Positions 18,385-28,219 of a DNA stretch of 64,000 nt are shown here, one piece after another. Made by a program: the position numbers and the translations under genes. This DNA comes from Desulfuromonadales bacterium (GTDB taxonomy: Bacteria > Desulfobacterota > Desulfuromonadia > Desulfuromonadales > SZUA-540), in the NCBI GenBank assembly GCA_033549025.1, contig JAWSUS010000010.1:28892-92891 (forward strand), given 5' to 3'. The notes under the pieces were generated by a model, which did not search any database, was not told where the DNA came from, and saw nothing but the letters and a program-made list of their open reading frames with translations. Each line of letters starts with the position of its first letter. The first letter of the stretch is position 1.

Positions 18385-19386
18385 ATGTCGCGAAAAACGT
18401 CCCTGACCCTGCTGGTCCTGATCCTGCTGCTGTTACCTGTCGTTTATGGGGCCGCTGACTTTACCCGCTTTATGCTGCGGTCGGTGACGCCGACTGAGCC
18501 GCAGGTGATTTCCATTCGTCCCGGCAGTTCTTTCGCCCAGGTGGCCCAAAGGCTGGAGGAAGGGGGCGTGGTGGACAGTGCCCTGCGCCTGCGCCTGCTG
18601 GCCCGCTGGCGGGGAGAGGCGGGCCGGGTCAAGGCCGGCGAGTACCGCTTTGCCGAAGCGGCTGCTCCCGGCGAGGTTTTAAAACGCCTGGTGGCGGGGG
18701 ACGTTATCCAGTATCGTTTCACGGTGCCGGAAGGGCTGACTCTGGCGGAAATCGCGCGAAAGCTGGCGGCAGAAGGCCGAGGTGATGGCGACAGCTTCCT
18801 GCAGCTGGCGCAGGATGCCGATTTTATCCATTCCCTCGGGGTGGAGGCTAAAACGCTGGAAGGATACCTCTATCCGGAGACCTATACCCTGGTGGCGACC
18901 ACGGAAGAGAAGGAGCTGCTGCAGGCGATGGTGCGGCAGATGAAAGCCCGCCTGACGGAAGAGCTCCTGGCGGGCGCCAGGGCCAGGGGGCTGTCCGTCC
19001 ACGAGCTGCTGACCCTGGCATCCATCATCCAGAAGGAAGCGGGGAACGAGGCCGAAATGCCTATCATCGGTGGGGTCTTCCACAACCGGTTGCAGCGGGG
19101 GATGCGGTTGCAGTCGGACCCGACGGTGATTTACGGCGTGAAGGACTTTGACGGCAACCTCACCCGCCGGCACCTGGAGGAATGGACCGCTTACAATACC
19201 TACCGCATCGCCGGCCTGCCCCCCGGGCCCATTGCCAGCCCGGGTGAGCCGGCCCTGCGCGCGGCGGCCTTTCCGGCCGAAGTGAACTATCTCTACTTTG
19301 TGGGGAAGGGCGATGGCACCCACGTCTTTTCCACTACGCTGCGTGAGCACAATGACGCGGTGCGGCGCTATCAGTTGAAGCGTTGA
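18385..19386 (+). CDS. mltG: Endolytic transglycosylase MltG (YceG)
   Basis: EGYLYPETY, LASIIQKE, LQSDPTVIYG, YNTY..GLPPGPI. Confidence 0.95.
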   Translation: MSRKTSLTLLVLILLLLPVVYGAADFTRFMLRSVTPTEPQVISIRPGSSFAQVAQRLEEGGVVDSALRLRLLARWRGEAGRVKAGEYRFAEAAAPGEVLKRLVAGDVIQYRFTVPEGLTLAEIARKLAAEGRGDGDSFLQLAQDADFIHSLGVEAKTLEGYLYPETYTLVATTEEKELLQAMVRQMKARLTEELLAGARARGLSVHELLTLASIIQKEAGNEAEMPIIGGVFHNRLQRGMRLQSDPTVIYGVKDFDGNLTRRHLEEWTAYNTYRIAGLPPGPIASPGEPALRAAAFPAEVNYLYFVGKGDGTHVFSTTLREHNDAVRRYQLKR

Positions 19387-19424
19387 AGCAGGCCTGAAAA
19401 ACATCGTCTGAATCGGGGGAGCCT

Positions 19425-21386
19425 GTGGCCCAAAGAATCCTGATCGCCGAGGACAATGACCGCGTAGCCGCTTTTCTGGAGGCGCTGCTGCGACACGAAG
19501 GCTATGCCACCGAGCGCACAGCCGACGGCATCGAGACGCTGCAGCGGATCAGCCGAGGTGTTCCGGATCTCCTCCTCCTCGACCTGCGTCTGCCCCGTTT
19601 GCACGGGGTCGATCTGCTCAAAAAACTGCGGAAGAGCACCGTCGGTCGCGATCTGCCAGTCATCATCGCCACGGGGGTCTATCGCGGTGAACGTTATGCC
19701 AGGGCCGCCCAGGGCCTGGGGGTGCGCCATTACCTGGAAAAACCTTTTTCCGCCGAAGCCCTTCTGCTGGCGGTCAAGGACATGCTTCCCTCCGGTCAGC
19801 AAGAGACGGCCGTGGCAGAAGAAGGCGAACCCTTCGACCACCATCTCTATCAGGCCTTCAGCACGGCATTTTCCGGCACCTGTCACTTTGAGGGGACGCG
19901 AGGGGCCATCCTCAGCTTCGTGGCGGGGATGCCCGTTTCTCTGCGGCCGGGTTTTGTTCATCGGGATTTCGGCGACTACCTCGTCCAGAACGGACGCATT
20001 ACCGCCACGGAATATGACTACTATCAGGGGACGGGACAATTCCGCAGCGATGTGCTGGTACAGCTGGGCTGCCTGCGTTATCCCGAATTGCTGCAGGAAA
20101 AGCTGGCCTATCTGACCGGCGAACTGATCGAGGCCTTCAGCGGGCCACCGATGACGGCGGAACAGCGATCCTTGCCCTCGCTGGGCGGCCTGCAGCTGTT
20201 CACCCTCAACATGCCCTCGCTTTTTCACCGGGGCTATTGGCGCAGCAGCGCCCCCGACACCGCCAATCCTTTTTCCGCCGAAATGTTAGGGCAGTTCGTT
20301 GTGCCTGACGCCGCGTTTTACCGACATATCAACTTTCTCGACCTCAACGAAGAGGAGCGCCGTTTTGTCGGCCGGCTCGATGGCAGCAACATTCTGGCCG
20401 AATGCCTGGAAGGCGCGAGCGGCCTCACGCCCCTGCTGCGTCTGCTCAAGACCTTCGGAATGCTGACCTTTGCCCGTGAACCGCTGGCTGCGGAACGTCC
20501 TGCCGGTGTGCCCTTGCGAGTGCTGTTCAATGTTCCGGAAGATGAGACCGGGGCCAGCGGCGAGGGTCCCCTGGAGAGTTTCTCCGATCTGGTGGCGGAG
20601 GAGAGCCGGGATGACGAGCCGCTGCTGTCTGCGCAGCCCGTACCGGCGATCCTACCCGAGATCACCGACCTGGCGCTGCGGGTGCGGCAGGTGTTTGAAG
20701 GCATGCAGGGCAAGAATTACTACCAGATTTTCGCTATGGAGCAGGGAAAATTTTCCTTCGATCAGCTTAAAACCCACTATTTCAGGCTGACCCGCGAATT
20801 CGGCCCCGAGGCGATGATGCAGCTCGCCGGCGAGGAGGCCGGAATGGCGGAAGAGATCCTGGCCACGGTAACTACGGCCTACAATACCCTCTCCGATGTC
20901 ATCAAGAAGGAGCGCTACGACGAGTTGCTCGGCTCGGAGAAGGTGGGGCTGGGGCAGAAGGGGGACGATATCTTCCAGTCCCAGGTTCAGTTCCAGTCCG
21001 GCAAGGTGTTTCTGGACATGGAAGAGTGGGACAATGCCGAAAATGCCCTGCAGGACGCCTGCAATATCGCCTCGAAAAACGGCGACTACCTGGCGCACCT
21101 GGCCTGGTCCATCTACCGAAACCCGCGAAACAGCAGCAGCCCCGCCATGCGGGAGAAGGTGCGCCAGATGCTGAACCGCGCCCTTACCCTCGATCGCGTC
21201 CCCTCCGCCTACGCTTTCAAGGGCTGGATGTTGCTGGAAGGGGGGCAGGACTTGCTGGCCGAGGCCGAGTTCAGCAAGGCCCTCAAGCTCGATGCCCGCC
21301 ATACCCTGGCCCGCAAAGGGCTGCGCGAGATCACTGAAAAACGCGAGCAGGAAAAGAAGGGTCTCTTCCGGCGCATGTTCAGTTAG
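19425..21386 (+). CDS. Response regulator: REC + central domain + J-like domain + TPRs
   Basis: REC residues ED, D, T, KP; NYYQIF...AYNTLSD..KKERYD is J-domain-like; C-terminal TPR-like helices. Confidence 0.8.
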   Translation: MAQRILIAEDNDRVAAFLEALLRHEGYATERTADGIETLQRISRGVPDLLLLDLRLPRLHGVDLLKKLRKSTVGRDLPVIIATGVYRGERYARAAQGLGVRHYLEKPFSAEALLLAVKDMLPSGQQETAVAEEGEPFDHHLYQAFSTAFSGTCHFEGTRGAILSFVAGMPVSLRPGFVHRDFGDYLVQNGRITATEYDYYQGTGQFRSDVLVQLGCLRYPELLQEKLAYLTGELIEAFSGPPMTAEQRSLPSLGGLQLFTLNMPSLFHRGYWRSSAPDTANPFSAEMLGQFVVPDAAFYRHINFLDLNEEERRFVGRLDGSNILAECLEGASGLTPLLRLLKTFGMLTFAREPLAAERPAGVPLRVLFNVPEDETGASGEGPLESFSDLVAEESRDDEPLLSAQPVPAILPEITDLALRVRQVFEGMQGKNYYQIFAMEQGKFSFDQLKTHYFRLTREFGPEAMMQLAGEEAGMAEEILATVTTAYNTLSDVIKKERYDELLGSEKVGLGQKGDDIFQSQVQFQSGKVFLDMEEWDNAENALQDACNIASKNGDYLAHLAWSIYRNPRNSSSPAMREKVRQMLNRALTLDRVPSAYAFKGWMLLEGGQDLLAEAEFSKALKLDARHTLARKGLREITEKREQEKKGLFRRMFS

Positions 21387-23548
21387 GCTTCGGAGCGAGG
21401 CTGGCGATCAAGGGCTTCGGCCAGCAGTTCGATGGTGTGGGCGGCCCGCACGGCATGTCCGCCCTTTTCCAGGCCGCCGCGAATCTGCAGCAGGCAGCCG
21501 GGACAGTCCATGGCGACGCAGGCGGCCCCGGACTGCAGAATATCCCGCACCTTGTCGCCGAGGATGTTCCGGGCGATGGCCGGATGGCTGGTGAAGGAAT
21601 AGGAGCCGCCGAAGCCGCAGCAGCGGTCGGCATGGGCCATCTCCCGCAGTTCGGCGCCGCTGGCCTGCAGCAAAACCCGCGGTTCCTGCCAGACGCCGGC
21701 CCCTCGCTTGAGGTGGCAGGAGTCGTGGTAGGTGATCGTTTCCCCGGCCGTTCCGGCCAGTTTTTCCACCCCCCCCAGCACTTTGACGATAAAACCCGAC
21801 ACATCCATCGTTTTTGCCGCCAGCTCCTCCGCCTTTTGCGCCCAGGCCGGGTTGTCCCGCAGGTGCTCGACAAAGTCGCGGCACAGGGCCAGCGTGCAGG
21901 TGGGGCAGGTGGTCACCACGTAATCGGGGTCTCCTTCGAGCATGGCCTCCACGTTCTGCCGGGCGAGCTCCACCGCCGTCTCCCGATCCCCCGAATAGAG
22001 CGCCGGGATGCCGCAGCAGTTCTGCTTGGCGGGATAGCTGACCTGCACGTTGAAGTGGTTGAGCACCCGCACGAGATCTTTACCCAGCCCCGGATAGAGG
22101 AAATCGTTGGCGCAGCCGCCGAAGAAGGCCACCTTGGTGCGCGGTTTATCGACCCGTTGCGGAAGGTCGTGCCACTGGTCACGCAGGGGGGTGGCGGCGA
22201 TGGCGGGAAGAGTGCGCCAGGCGGTAAGACCCGAAAAAAACAGGGGCAGATGGCGGATGGTATCCTCCCCGCGCGTGACCGGTTTCTGCAGCAGGCTGGC
22301 GGTCCGGATCAGGGTGTGGAAGAGCTGGCGGTTGCGCATGACCCGGCGGAAGACCAGGGCCTTACCGGTGCCGATGCCCTCTTCCTCGCCGAGGGTCTGG
22401 CGCAGCTGCAGGATGATGTTCTCCAGGTCGATATGGCTGGGGCAGACGGCGACGCAGGACCGGCAGCCGATGCAGGCCCGCACCAGCTCGGCGGCCAGGT
22501 CGAGGCCGTGGAAGAAAGCGGTGAGGATGATGCCGATGGCGCTGATGTAGATGTGGCCGAAGACATGACCGCCGACGGTCTGGTAGACGGGACAGACGTT
22601 GGCGCAGGCGCCGCATTTGATGCAGCGCAGAGCGTCGCGGCAGTGGGGGGATTCGGCCAGGGCGCTGCGGCCGTTGTCGAGCAGGACGATATGCAGTTCC
22701 TTGTCCCCCTCCCCGCAGGGAACAGCGCCGCGGATCCAGGTCACGTAGCTGGTGAGCAGCTGCCCCGTGGCGTTCTTGGGCAGCACGCGGATGATTTTGG
22801 CCGCATCCTCCAGCGTGGGCACCAATTTCTCCACTCCCACCAGGGCCACGTGGATCGGCGGCAGGGTGGTGGCCAGGCGGGCGTTGCCCTCGTTGGTCAC
22901 CAGGGCGATACCTCCCGTTTCCGCCACGGCGATGTTGGCGCCGCTGATCCCCATGCCGGCGTCGAAATAGCTCTGCCGCAGCTGCTGCCGGGCGACCCTG
23001 ACCAGATGCTCGATCTCGGCCGGCTCTTTCTGTCCAGTGACTTGGCTGAACAGCGCCGCCACTTCCTCCTTGAACATGTGGATGGCGGGCATGACCATGT
23101 GGCTGGGGCGTTGACCGGCCAGCTGGATGATCCATTCGCCCAGGTCCGATTCGACGGCGGTGACGCCGGCCTGCTCGAGGGCCCGGTTGAGATGGATCTC
23201 TTCGCTGGCCATGCTTTTGCTCTTGATGGCCAGCTTGACCTGGCGCTCGCGGGCGAGTCGGGCAATGTAGTCGTTGGCCTCGGCCGCCGTGCGGGCGTAA
23301 AAGACGGTGGCGCCGGCGGCTTCGGCGTTGCGGGTGAATTCCTGTTGCAGGGCGTCACGCTGCTGCAGGGACTGATCCTTGATGGCGGCAATGTCCCGGC
23401 GCAGCTCTTCGAAGTCGAGGCCGGCGAAGGCGTTCTGACGGGAGAGCAGGTAGGCATCGGCGAATTTGTGCAAGGCCTCCTGCAGCTGGGGCGTGGCCAG
23501 GGCCTGGTCGATGCGCTGGCGGTATTGCCGGTTCCGTTCTCGGGTCAT
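21383..23548 (-). CDS. LutB/LldH-like fused lactate dehydrogenase subunit (LUD + 4Fe-4S + CCG domains)
   Basis: KSKSMASEEI, ESDLGEWI, PSHMVMPAIH, CIKCGACANVCP, CIGCRSCVAVCP and two CCG motifs; start ATG23548. Confidence 0.88.
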   Translation of the reverse strand: MTRERNRQYRQRIDQALATPQLQEALHKFADAYLLSRQNAFAGLDFEELRRDIAAIKDQSLQQRDALQQEFTRNAEAAGATVFYARTAAEANDYIARLARERQVKLAIKSKSMASEEIHLNRALEQAGVTAVESDLGEWIIQLAGQRPSHMVMPAIHMFKEEVAALFSQVTGQKEPAEIEHLVRVARQQLRQSYFDAGMGISGANIAVAETGGIALVTNEGNARLATTLPPIHVALVGVEKLVPTLEDAAKIIRVLPKNATGQLLTSYVTWIRGAVPCGEGDKELHIVLLDNGRSALAESPHCRDALRCIKCGACANVCPVYQTVGGHVFGHIYISAIGIILTAFFHGLDLAAELVRACIGCRSCVAVCPSHIDLENIILQLRQTLGEEEGIGTGKALVFRRVMRNRQLFHTLIRTASLLQKPVTRGEDTIRHLPLFFSGLTAWRTLPAIAATPLRDQWHDLPQRVDKPRTKVAFFGGCANDFLYPGLGKDLVRVLNHFNVQVSYPAKQNCCGIPALYSGDRETAVELARQNVEAMLEGDPDYVVTTCPTCTLALCRDFVEHLRDNPAWAQKAEELAAKTMDVSGFIVKVLGGVEKLAGTAGETITYHDSCHLKRGAGVWQEPRVLLQASGAELREMAHADRCCGFGGSYSFTSHPAIARNILGDKVRDILQSGAACVAMDCPGCLLQIRGGLEKGGHAVRAAHTIELLAEALDRQPRSEA

Positions 23549-23561
23549 CGTCCCCTCCCTC

Positions 23562-24125
23562 TCACATCTCCAGAAAATCGTCGGAAAGTCCGTCCAGCAG
23601 CAGAATGTGCAGGCGCCGCGGGCCGTGTACGCCAATGGTCAGCACCCGCTCAATATCGGCGGTGCGGCTCGGTCCGGTGACGTAGGCCAGATAGTTTCGC
23701 GGCTGACGCTGATGCAGCTGGCGCAGCCAGGGGACGGCCGCCAGCCCGTCGGCGACAATCTTGCGGCTATCGGCCAGCACGACATGGCGCTCCGGCAGGG
23801 TGGAGGCCAGGCGGATGTCCTCAGGCGTACTCTCCAGTACCAGCGTGCCGGTATCGGCGATGGCGAAGTTGGCCCCGGTGAGGCCCAGGGTCGCGCCGGC
23901 GGCCGTCGCCCGGTCCCGGCCGTCAAGGACCTGACAGCCGGCCGCCTTGAGCTGAGCGGTTAGGCCGAGCCGCCGGCCGCTGAGAAAGTCGGCGACATAG
24001 ATGCCGCCGTCCGCCAGACGGCAAACGGTATCGCCGATTTCAGCGCTCGAACCAAGATGGATGATCTCGGCGCCCACCTTGCCGGCGGCTGCCTCGAAAA
24101 GGGCAAGTAAAACGTCTTCGGACAT
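23562..24125 (-). CDS. LutC/LldG-like LUD-domain lactate utilisation protein
   Basis: AIADTGTL and TGPSRTADIERVLTIGVHGP motifs; start ATG24125. Confidence 0.9.
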   Translation of the reverse strand: MSEDVLLALFEAAAGKVGAEIIHLGSSAEIGDTVCRLADGGIYVADFLSGRRLGLTAQLKAAGCQVLDGRDRATAAGATLGLTGANFAIADTGTLVLESTPEDIRLASTLPERHVVLADSRKIVADGLAAVPWLRQLHQRQPRNYLAYVTGPSRTADIERVLTIGVHGPRRLHILLLDGLSDDFLEM

Positions 24126-24335
24126 GGTTTTTTCTCCCCTGGGTTCGCACACAGACAATTTCATCGTAGAAGCGCCGCGGAAAGGCTGTCAAGCAGCAAA
24201 TGGCGGCAGGAAAAGACGCCCGAGACAATCATTGCTTGCAAAAGGTTCGGATAAGTCGAAAAATAGAGTATAATTTTGAACGGTTAAGCAAAGATCAGCG
24301 AGGGTGTCCCATACCCGTTGCGGGAGGAACGTGCC

Positions 24336-25220
24336 ATGGTCGGTCATGAAGAGAAGGACAGTCGTTTTTCGCTGTCGCTTTTTGTTCCGGCGGTGTTTGT
24401 TCTGACTTCAGCCGCGTTTCTTTTCACGCTGCTTTTTCCTTTTCGCGATGATTCCCTGGCGCGGGTGCAAGAAAAGGGCATCCGTGTCGGCTACGCCGTC
24501 GAAGCGCCCTATGCCTTTCTGACACCGGCCGGCGAGCCGACGGGAGAAGCGCCGGAAGTGGTGCGGGTGGTGGCCGAGCAGCTGGAGATCGACCCGATCT
24601 TGTGGCGTCAGGTCGAGTTCGATAGCCTGATTGATGAATTGGAAGCCGGACGGATCGATGTCATCGCCGCCGGTCTGTTCATGACGCCCAAGCGACAAAA
24701 ACGGCTCCGCTTTTCCCTGCCGACCTTTCAGGTGCAGCCCGGACTGCTGGTGCCAAAAGGCAACCCCCTGAAACTGCAATCCTACGCCGATCTGGTTCGT
24801 GCCGATGGGGTCATGGTAATCGTTCTGGCCGGTTCGGTGGAGGCGAGGGCCTTGTTCGAACTAGGGCTGCCGCAAGAGCGCCTGAAGGCCGTCCCAGACG
24901 TGTCAACCGGCTTGGCGGCGCTTGAAGCGGGGCTGGCCGATGCACTGGCCCTCTCCTCGCCCTCCTTGCAATGGCTTGCCATGAAAGGCCGGCTGCGGCA
25001 AACGGAACCCGTCGCCCTGTCAGGGTTGACGGCCAGTGAAGAGTCCCAGTGCGGAGCCTTCGCCTTTCGCAAAGAGGACCGCCGTCTTCGGCAGGCCTGG
25101 AATGCCGTGCTGAAATCCTACATCGGTTCGCCGGAACACCTTGCCCTGGTCGCTCCGTTTGGCTTCAGTGCCCAGGAGATACCCGGGGTGTCTTCCCCCT
25201 CCCAGGAGTCCCGTCCATGA
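24336..25220 (+). CDS. EhuB-like (ectoine/polar amino acid, SBP_bac_3) substrate-binding protein with N-terminal hydrophobic anchor
   Basis: EAPYAF, AGLFMTPKR, KGNPLKLQSYADL, FAFRKED and PFGFS segments resemble EhuB. Confidence 0.8.
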   Translation: MVGHEEKDSRFSLSLFVPAVFVLTSAAFLFTLLFPFRDDSLARVQEKGIRVGYAVEAPYAFLTPAGEPTGEAPEVVRVVAEQLEIDPILWRQVEFDSLIDELEAGRIDVIAAGLFMTPKRQKRLRFSLPTFQVQPGLLVPKGNPLKLQSYADLVRADGVMVIVLAGSVEARALFELGLPQERLKAVPDVSTGLAALEAGLADALALSSPSLQWLAMKGRLRQTEPVALSGLTASEESQCGAFAFRKEDRRLRQAWNAVLKSYIGSPEHLALVAPFGFSAQEIPGVSSPSQESRP

Positions 25221-27544
25221 CCCTGCCGTCCCTCGACCTCTGCGGCTCCGTCCGCTTCCGCCGTTTCAGGGATTCCCGCCTCTGGCTCGGGAGCGTCGTG
25301 CTCCTTTCCCTGCTGGTCTGCATGATGGTCACCTGGCTGCATGTGCAGCAGAAGGCGGCGCTCAACCAATCGCTGGCCAATCTCGACTACATGCGACAGG
25401 CTCGCATCGACCTGGCCAAGGGCTTCCTGCACGTTTCGCTGGCGGATATGCCGGAGTCCCCCTTCGGCCAGACGGAAGGCATCGCCCTGCTGCGCCAATC
25501 CATCACCTCCCTGAACCATTCCGTTCACGACCTTAAAAATGCCGATCCGCAAATTGTCCATGAGTTCGAACAGAGCGTGGCGGCTTTCGAAGAAAGCCTC
25601 GCCCGCTGGCAGGGCGGCGGCAGGGGCAGGGCCGATAGCGCCATCCATCTGCGCATTGCTTTTCACCAGTTGGAGCGTCAGGCCGATGCGGTGGACCTGG
25701 CTATTTCGCGCCATCTCACGCGGCTGTCACATCGACTCGATCTCCATTTCAGTACCGCTCTCGGCGGGGCGGTGGTGCTCCTGGTGGTTATCTGCGGGGT
25801 GGTGTTTTGCGCCAGCCGCAAGAAAGACGAACTGGAAGTGGCGACGCTCAGGAGCGAGTACCGTTTTCGTCAGGCCATGGAAGCCGTCAGTGAAGGGCTC
25901 TGGGATCGCGACGTCGAAACGGATCGGCTCTATTTCAGCCCGGCTTTCTGGAGAATGCTGGGATACGACCCCGAAGCCATGGAGGGGACGAGCGAGGCCT
26001 GGGCCGCCCTGCTGCATCCGGAGGACCGGGAGAGAGCGTTGGCGTTGAATCAGGCCTGTGTGGATGGGCGGCAGGATGACTTCGAAACAGAATTTCGCCT
26101 CAAGACCCGCGACGACACCTGGAAATGGATTCTGTCCCGGGGGCGGGTGGTCAGCCGGGATGACCGCGGTCGCGCCCTGCGCATTATGGGCACCCATGTC
26201 GACATCACCACCCGGAAGCGCTACGAGGAGCGGCTGACCCACATGGCCACCCACGACGAGCTGACCGGGCTGGCCAATCGTGCCCTGCTGCTCGACCGCC
26301 TGGAGCGGGCCATACAGACGGCGAGCAGCACCGGGGGGCTCGTGGCGGTGCTGCTGCTTGATCTCGACCGCTTCAAGGTGATCAACGACAGCATTGGACA
26401 CGCTTTTGGCGACAAGGTGCTCTGTTCGATCGCTCGCCGTCTGGAGAGCCTGGTGAAAAAAGGCGATACGATCGCCCGCCTCGGCGGCGACGAATTTGTG
26501 CTGCTGCTGACCGAGATGGCGCGTCCGGAGGAGGTGAGTCAGCTGGCGGCCGAAGTCCTTGAAAACCTGACCGCCCCCTTCACCATCGACGGCCGTGAAG
26601 TTATTCTGACGGCCAGCATCGGCATCAGCCTTTCCCCCGGGGATAGCCTGGACGGCCCCACCCTGATCCGTGATGCCGATATCGCCATGTATCGGGCCAA
26701 AAAGAACGACCGCAACACCTATGCCTTCTATTCGAAGGAGATGAACCAGCAGATCACCAGGGCGCTGGAAATGGAGAGCGCCCTGCGTCAGGCGCTGGAC
26801 CGTCATGAATTCCTTCTCCATTACCAGCCGAAAGTCGATCTGGCCAGCGGCCGGATTGTCGGCTGCGAAGCGCTGGTCCGCTGGCATCACCCCGAACGGG
26901 GGCTGGTCTCGCCGGCCGACTTCATTCCCCTGGCCGAAGAGACGGGTCTTATCATGCCCCTCGGGCTGTGGGTGCTGATGGAAGCCTGCCGGCAGGCGCG
27001 CGTCTGGCAGCAGCAGGGTTTTGACCGGTTCAGTGTGGCCGTCAACCTGTCGGCGCGGCAGTTTCACCGGGGGGATCTCGAAAAGGTGTTAGAAGAGGTC
27101 CTGCGTGATATCCAGCTTCCCCCTGATCTGCTGGAGCTGGAACTGACGGAGAGCATGGTCATGCAGGCGCCGGAGACGGCCAAACGAACCATGCTGGCTT
27201 TGAAAGATCTGGGGGTCAGCCTGAGTCTGGATGACTTCGGTACGGGCTATTCGAGTCTCAACTACCTGCGCCGCTTTCCCGTCGACTGCCTGAAGATCGA
27301 CCGCTCCTTTGTTCGTGACGTGATCACCGACCCCGCCGGGGCCTCCATGGTCGCCAGCATCATCGACATCGCCCACAATCTGGGCCTGAGTACGGTGGCG
27401 GAAGGGGTTGAGACCGAGGAGCAGCTCGCGTTTCTGCGGGGGTGCGGCTGTGACGTGCTGCAGGGGTATCTGTTCAGCAAGCCGGTGCCGGCCGCCCAGT
27501 TTGAAGCGCTGTTGCAGGAAGGCCGGCGCCTGGCGGCCGTCTAG
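25217..27544 (+). CDS. Membrane diguanylate cyclase/phosphodiesterase (2 TM + periplasmic region + PAS + GGDEF + EAL)
   Basis: [47 protein letters not shown] overlap with the upstream gene. Confidence 0.92.
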   Translation: MTLPSLDLCGSVRFRRFRDSRLWLGSVVLLSLLVCMMVTWLHVQQKAALNQSLANLDYMRQARIDLAKGFLHVSLADMPESPFGQTEGIALLRQSITSLNHSVHDLKNADPQIVHEFEQSVAAFEESLARWQGGGRGRADSAIHLRIAFHQLERQADAVDLAISRHLTRLSHRLDLHFSTALGGAVVLLVVICGVVFCASRKKDELEVATLRSEYRFRQAMEAVSEGLWDRDVETDRLYFSPAFWRMLGYDPEAMEGTSEAWAALLHPEDRERALALNQACVDGRQDDFETEFRLKTRDDTWKWILSRGRVVSRDDRGRALRIMGTHVDITTRKRYEERLTHMATHDELTGLANRALLLDRLERAIQTASSTGGLVAVLLLDLDRFKVINDSIGHAFGDKVLCSIARRLESLVKKGDTIARLGGDEFVLLLTEMARPEEVSQLAAEVLENLTAPFTIDGREVILTASIGISLSPGDSLDGPTLIRDADIAMYRAKKNDRNTYAFYSKEMNQQITRALEMESALRQALDRHEFLLHYQPKVDLASGRIVGCEALVRWHHPERGLVSPADFIPLAEETGLIMPLGLWVLMEACRQARVWQQQGFDRFSVAVNLSARQFHRGDLEKVLEEVLRDIQLPPDLLELELTESMVMQAPETAKRTMLALKDLGVSLSLDDFGTGYSSLNYLRRFPVDCLKIDRSFVRDVITDPAGASMVASIIDIAHNLGLSTVAEGVETEEQLAFLRGCGCDVLQGYLFSKPVPAAQFEALLQEGRRLAAV

Positions 27545-28200
27545 CGCGCCAGGGCCTGGTCTACATCATCGGTTTTGCCGATCAGAATAAGGACGTCGCT
27601 GTCTTTGATGCGGTGGTTTGGCGGCGGCGCGGCGATGAACTGATCGGTGAGGACATCCTTGATGGCAATGACCGTGACATGGTGCTTCTTGCGCAGGTCC
27701 AGCTCGACCAGGGTCTTGCCGATAAAGTGCTTGGGCGGCTCGGTCTCGGAGAGGGCGTAATCCTCGGCCAGCGGTATGAACTCGAGGACATTGGGGCTCG
27801 ACAGGCTGTGCGCCACCTTGCGGGCCATGTCCTTCTCGGGGAAGATCACCTCGCTGGCGCCGACCCGTTCGAGAATGCGGCCGTGATCTTCACTGACGGC
27901 CTTGACGATGATGCGCGGAACCTTCAACTCCTTCAGATAGAGGGTGATCAGGGTCGCCAGATGGGAGCGGTCACCGGTGGAGACCACGGCCGCGTCCATT
28001 TCAGCCACGCCCTGCGCTTGCAGAAAAGCCTTGTTGGCCGCATCCCCTAAAATGGCGTAGGAACAGAGATCCTTGACGGCCTGCACCTTGTCCTTGTCCG
28101 CGTCGATGGCGATGACTTCATGGTTATCGTCACTGAGGGTGGCGACGACGTGATACCCGAAGTTGCCCAGCCCGATTACGCAAAATCTGCTCTTCTTCAT
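27541..28200 (-). CDS. ktrA: K+ uptake NAD-binding (RCK) subunit KtrA/TrkA
   Basis: VIGLGNFG, GDA and VIFPEKDMA motifs. Confidence 0.9.
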   Translation of the reverse strand: MKKSRFCVIGLGNFGYHVVATLSDDNHEVIAIDADKDKVQAVKDLCSYAILGDAANKAFLQAQGVAEMDAAVVSTGDRSHLATLITLYLKELKVPRIIVKAVSEDHGRILERVGASEVIFPEKDMARKVAHSLSSPNVLEFIPLAEDYALSETEPPKHFIGKTLVELDLRKKHHVTVIAIKDVLTDQFIAAPPPNHRIKDSDVLILIGKTDDVDQALAR

Positions 28201-28219
28201 ACCGCAAAACTCCTTGGTT

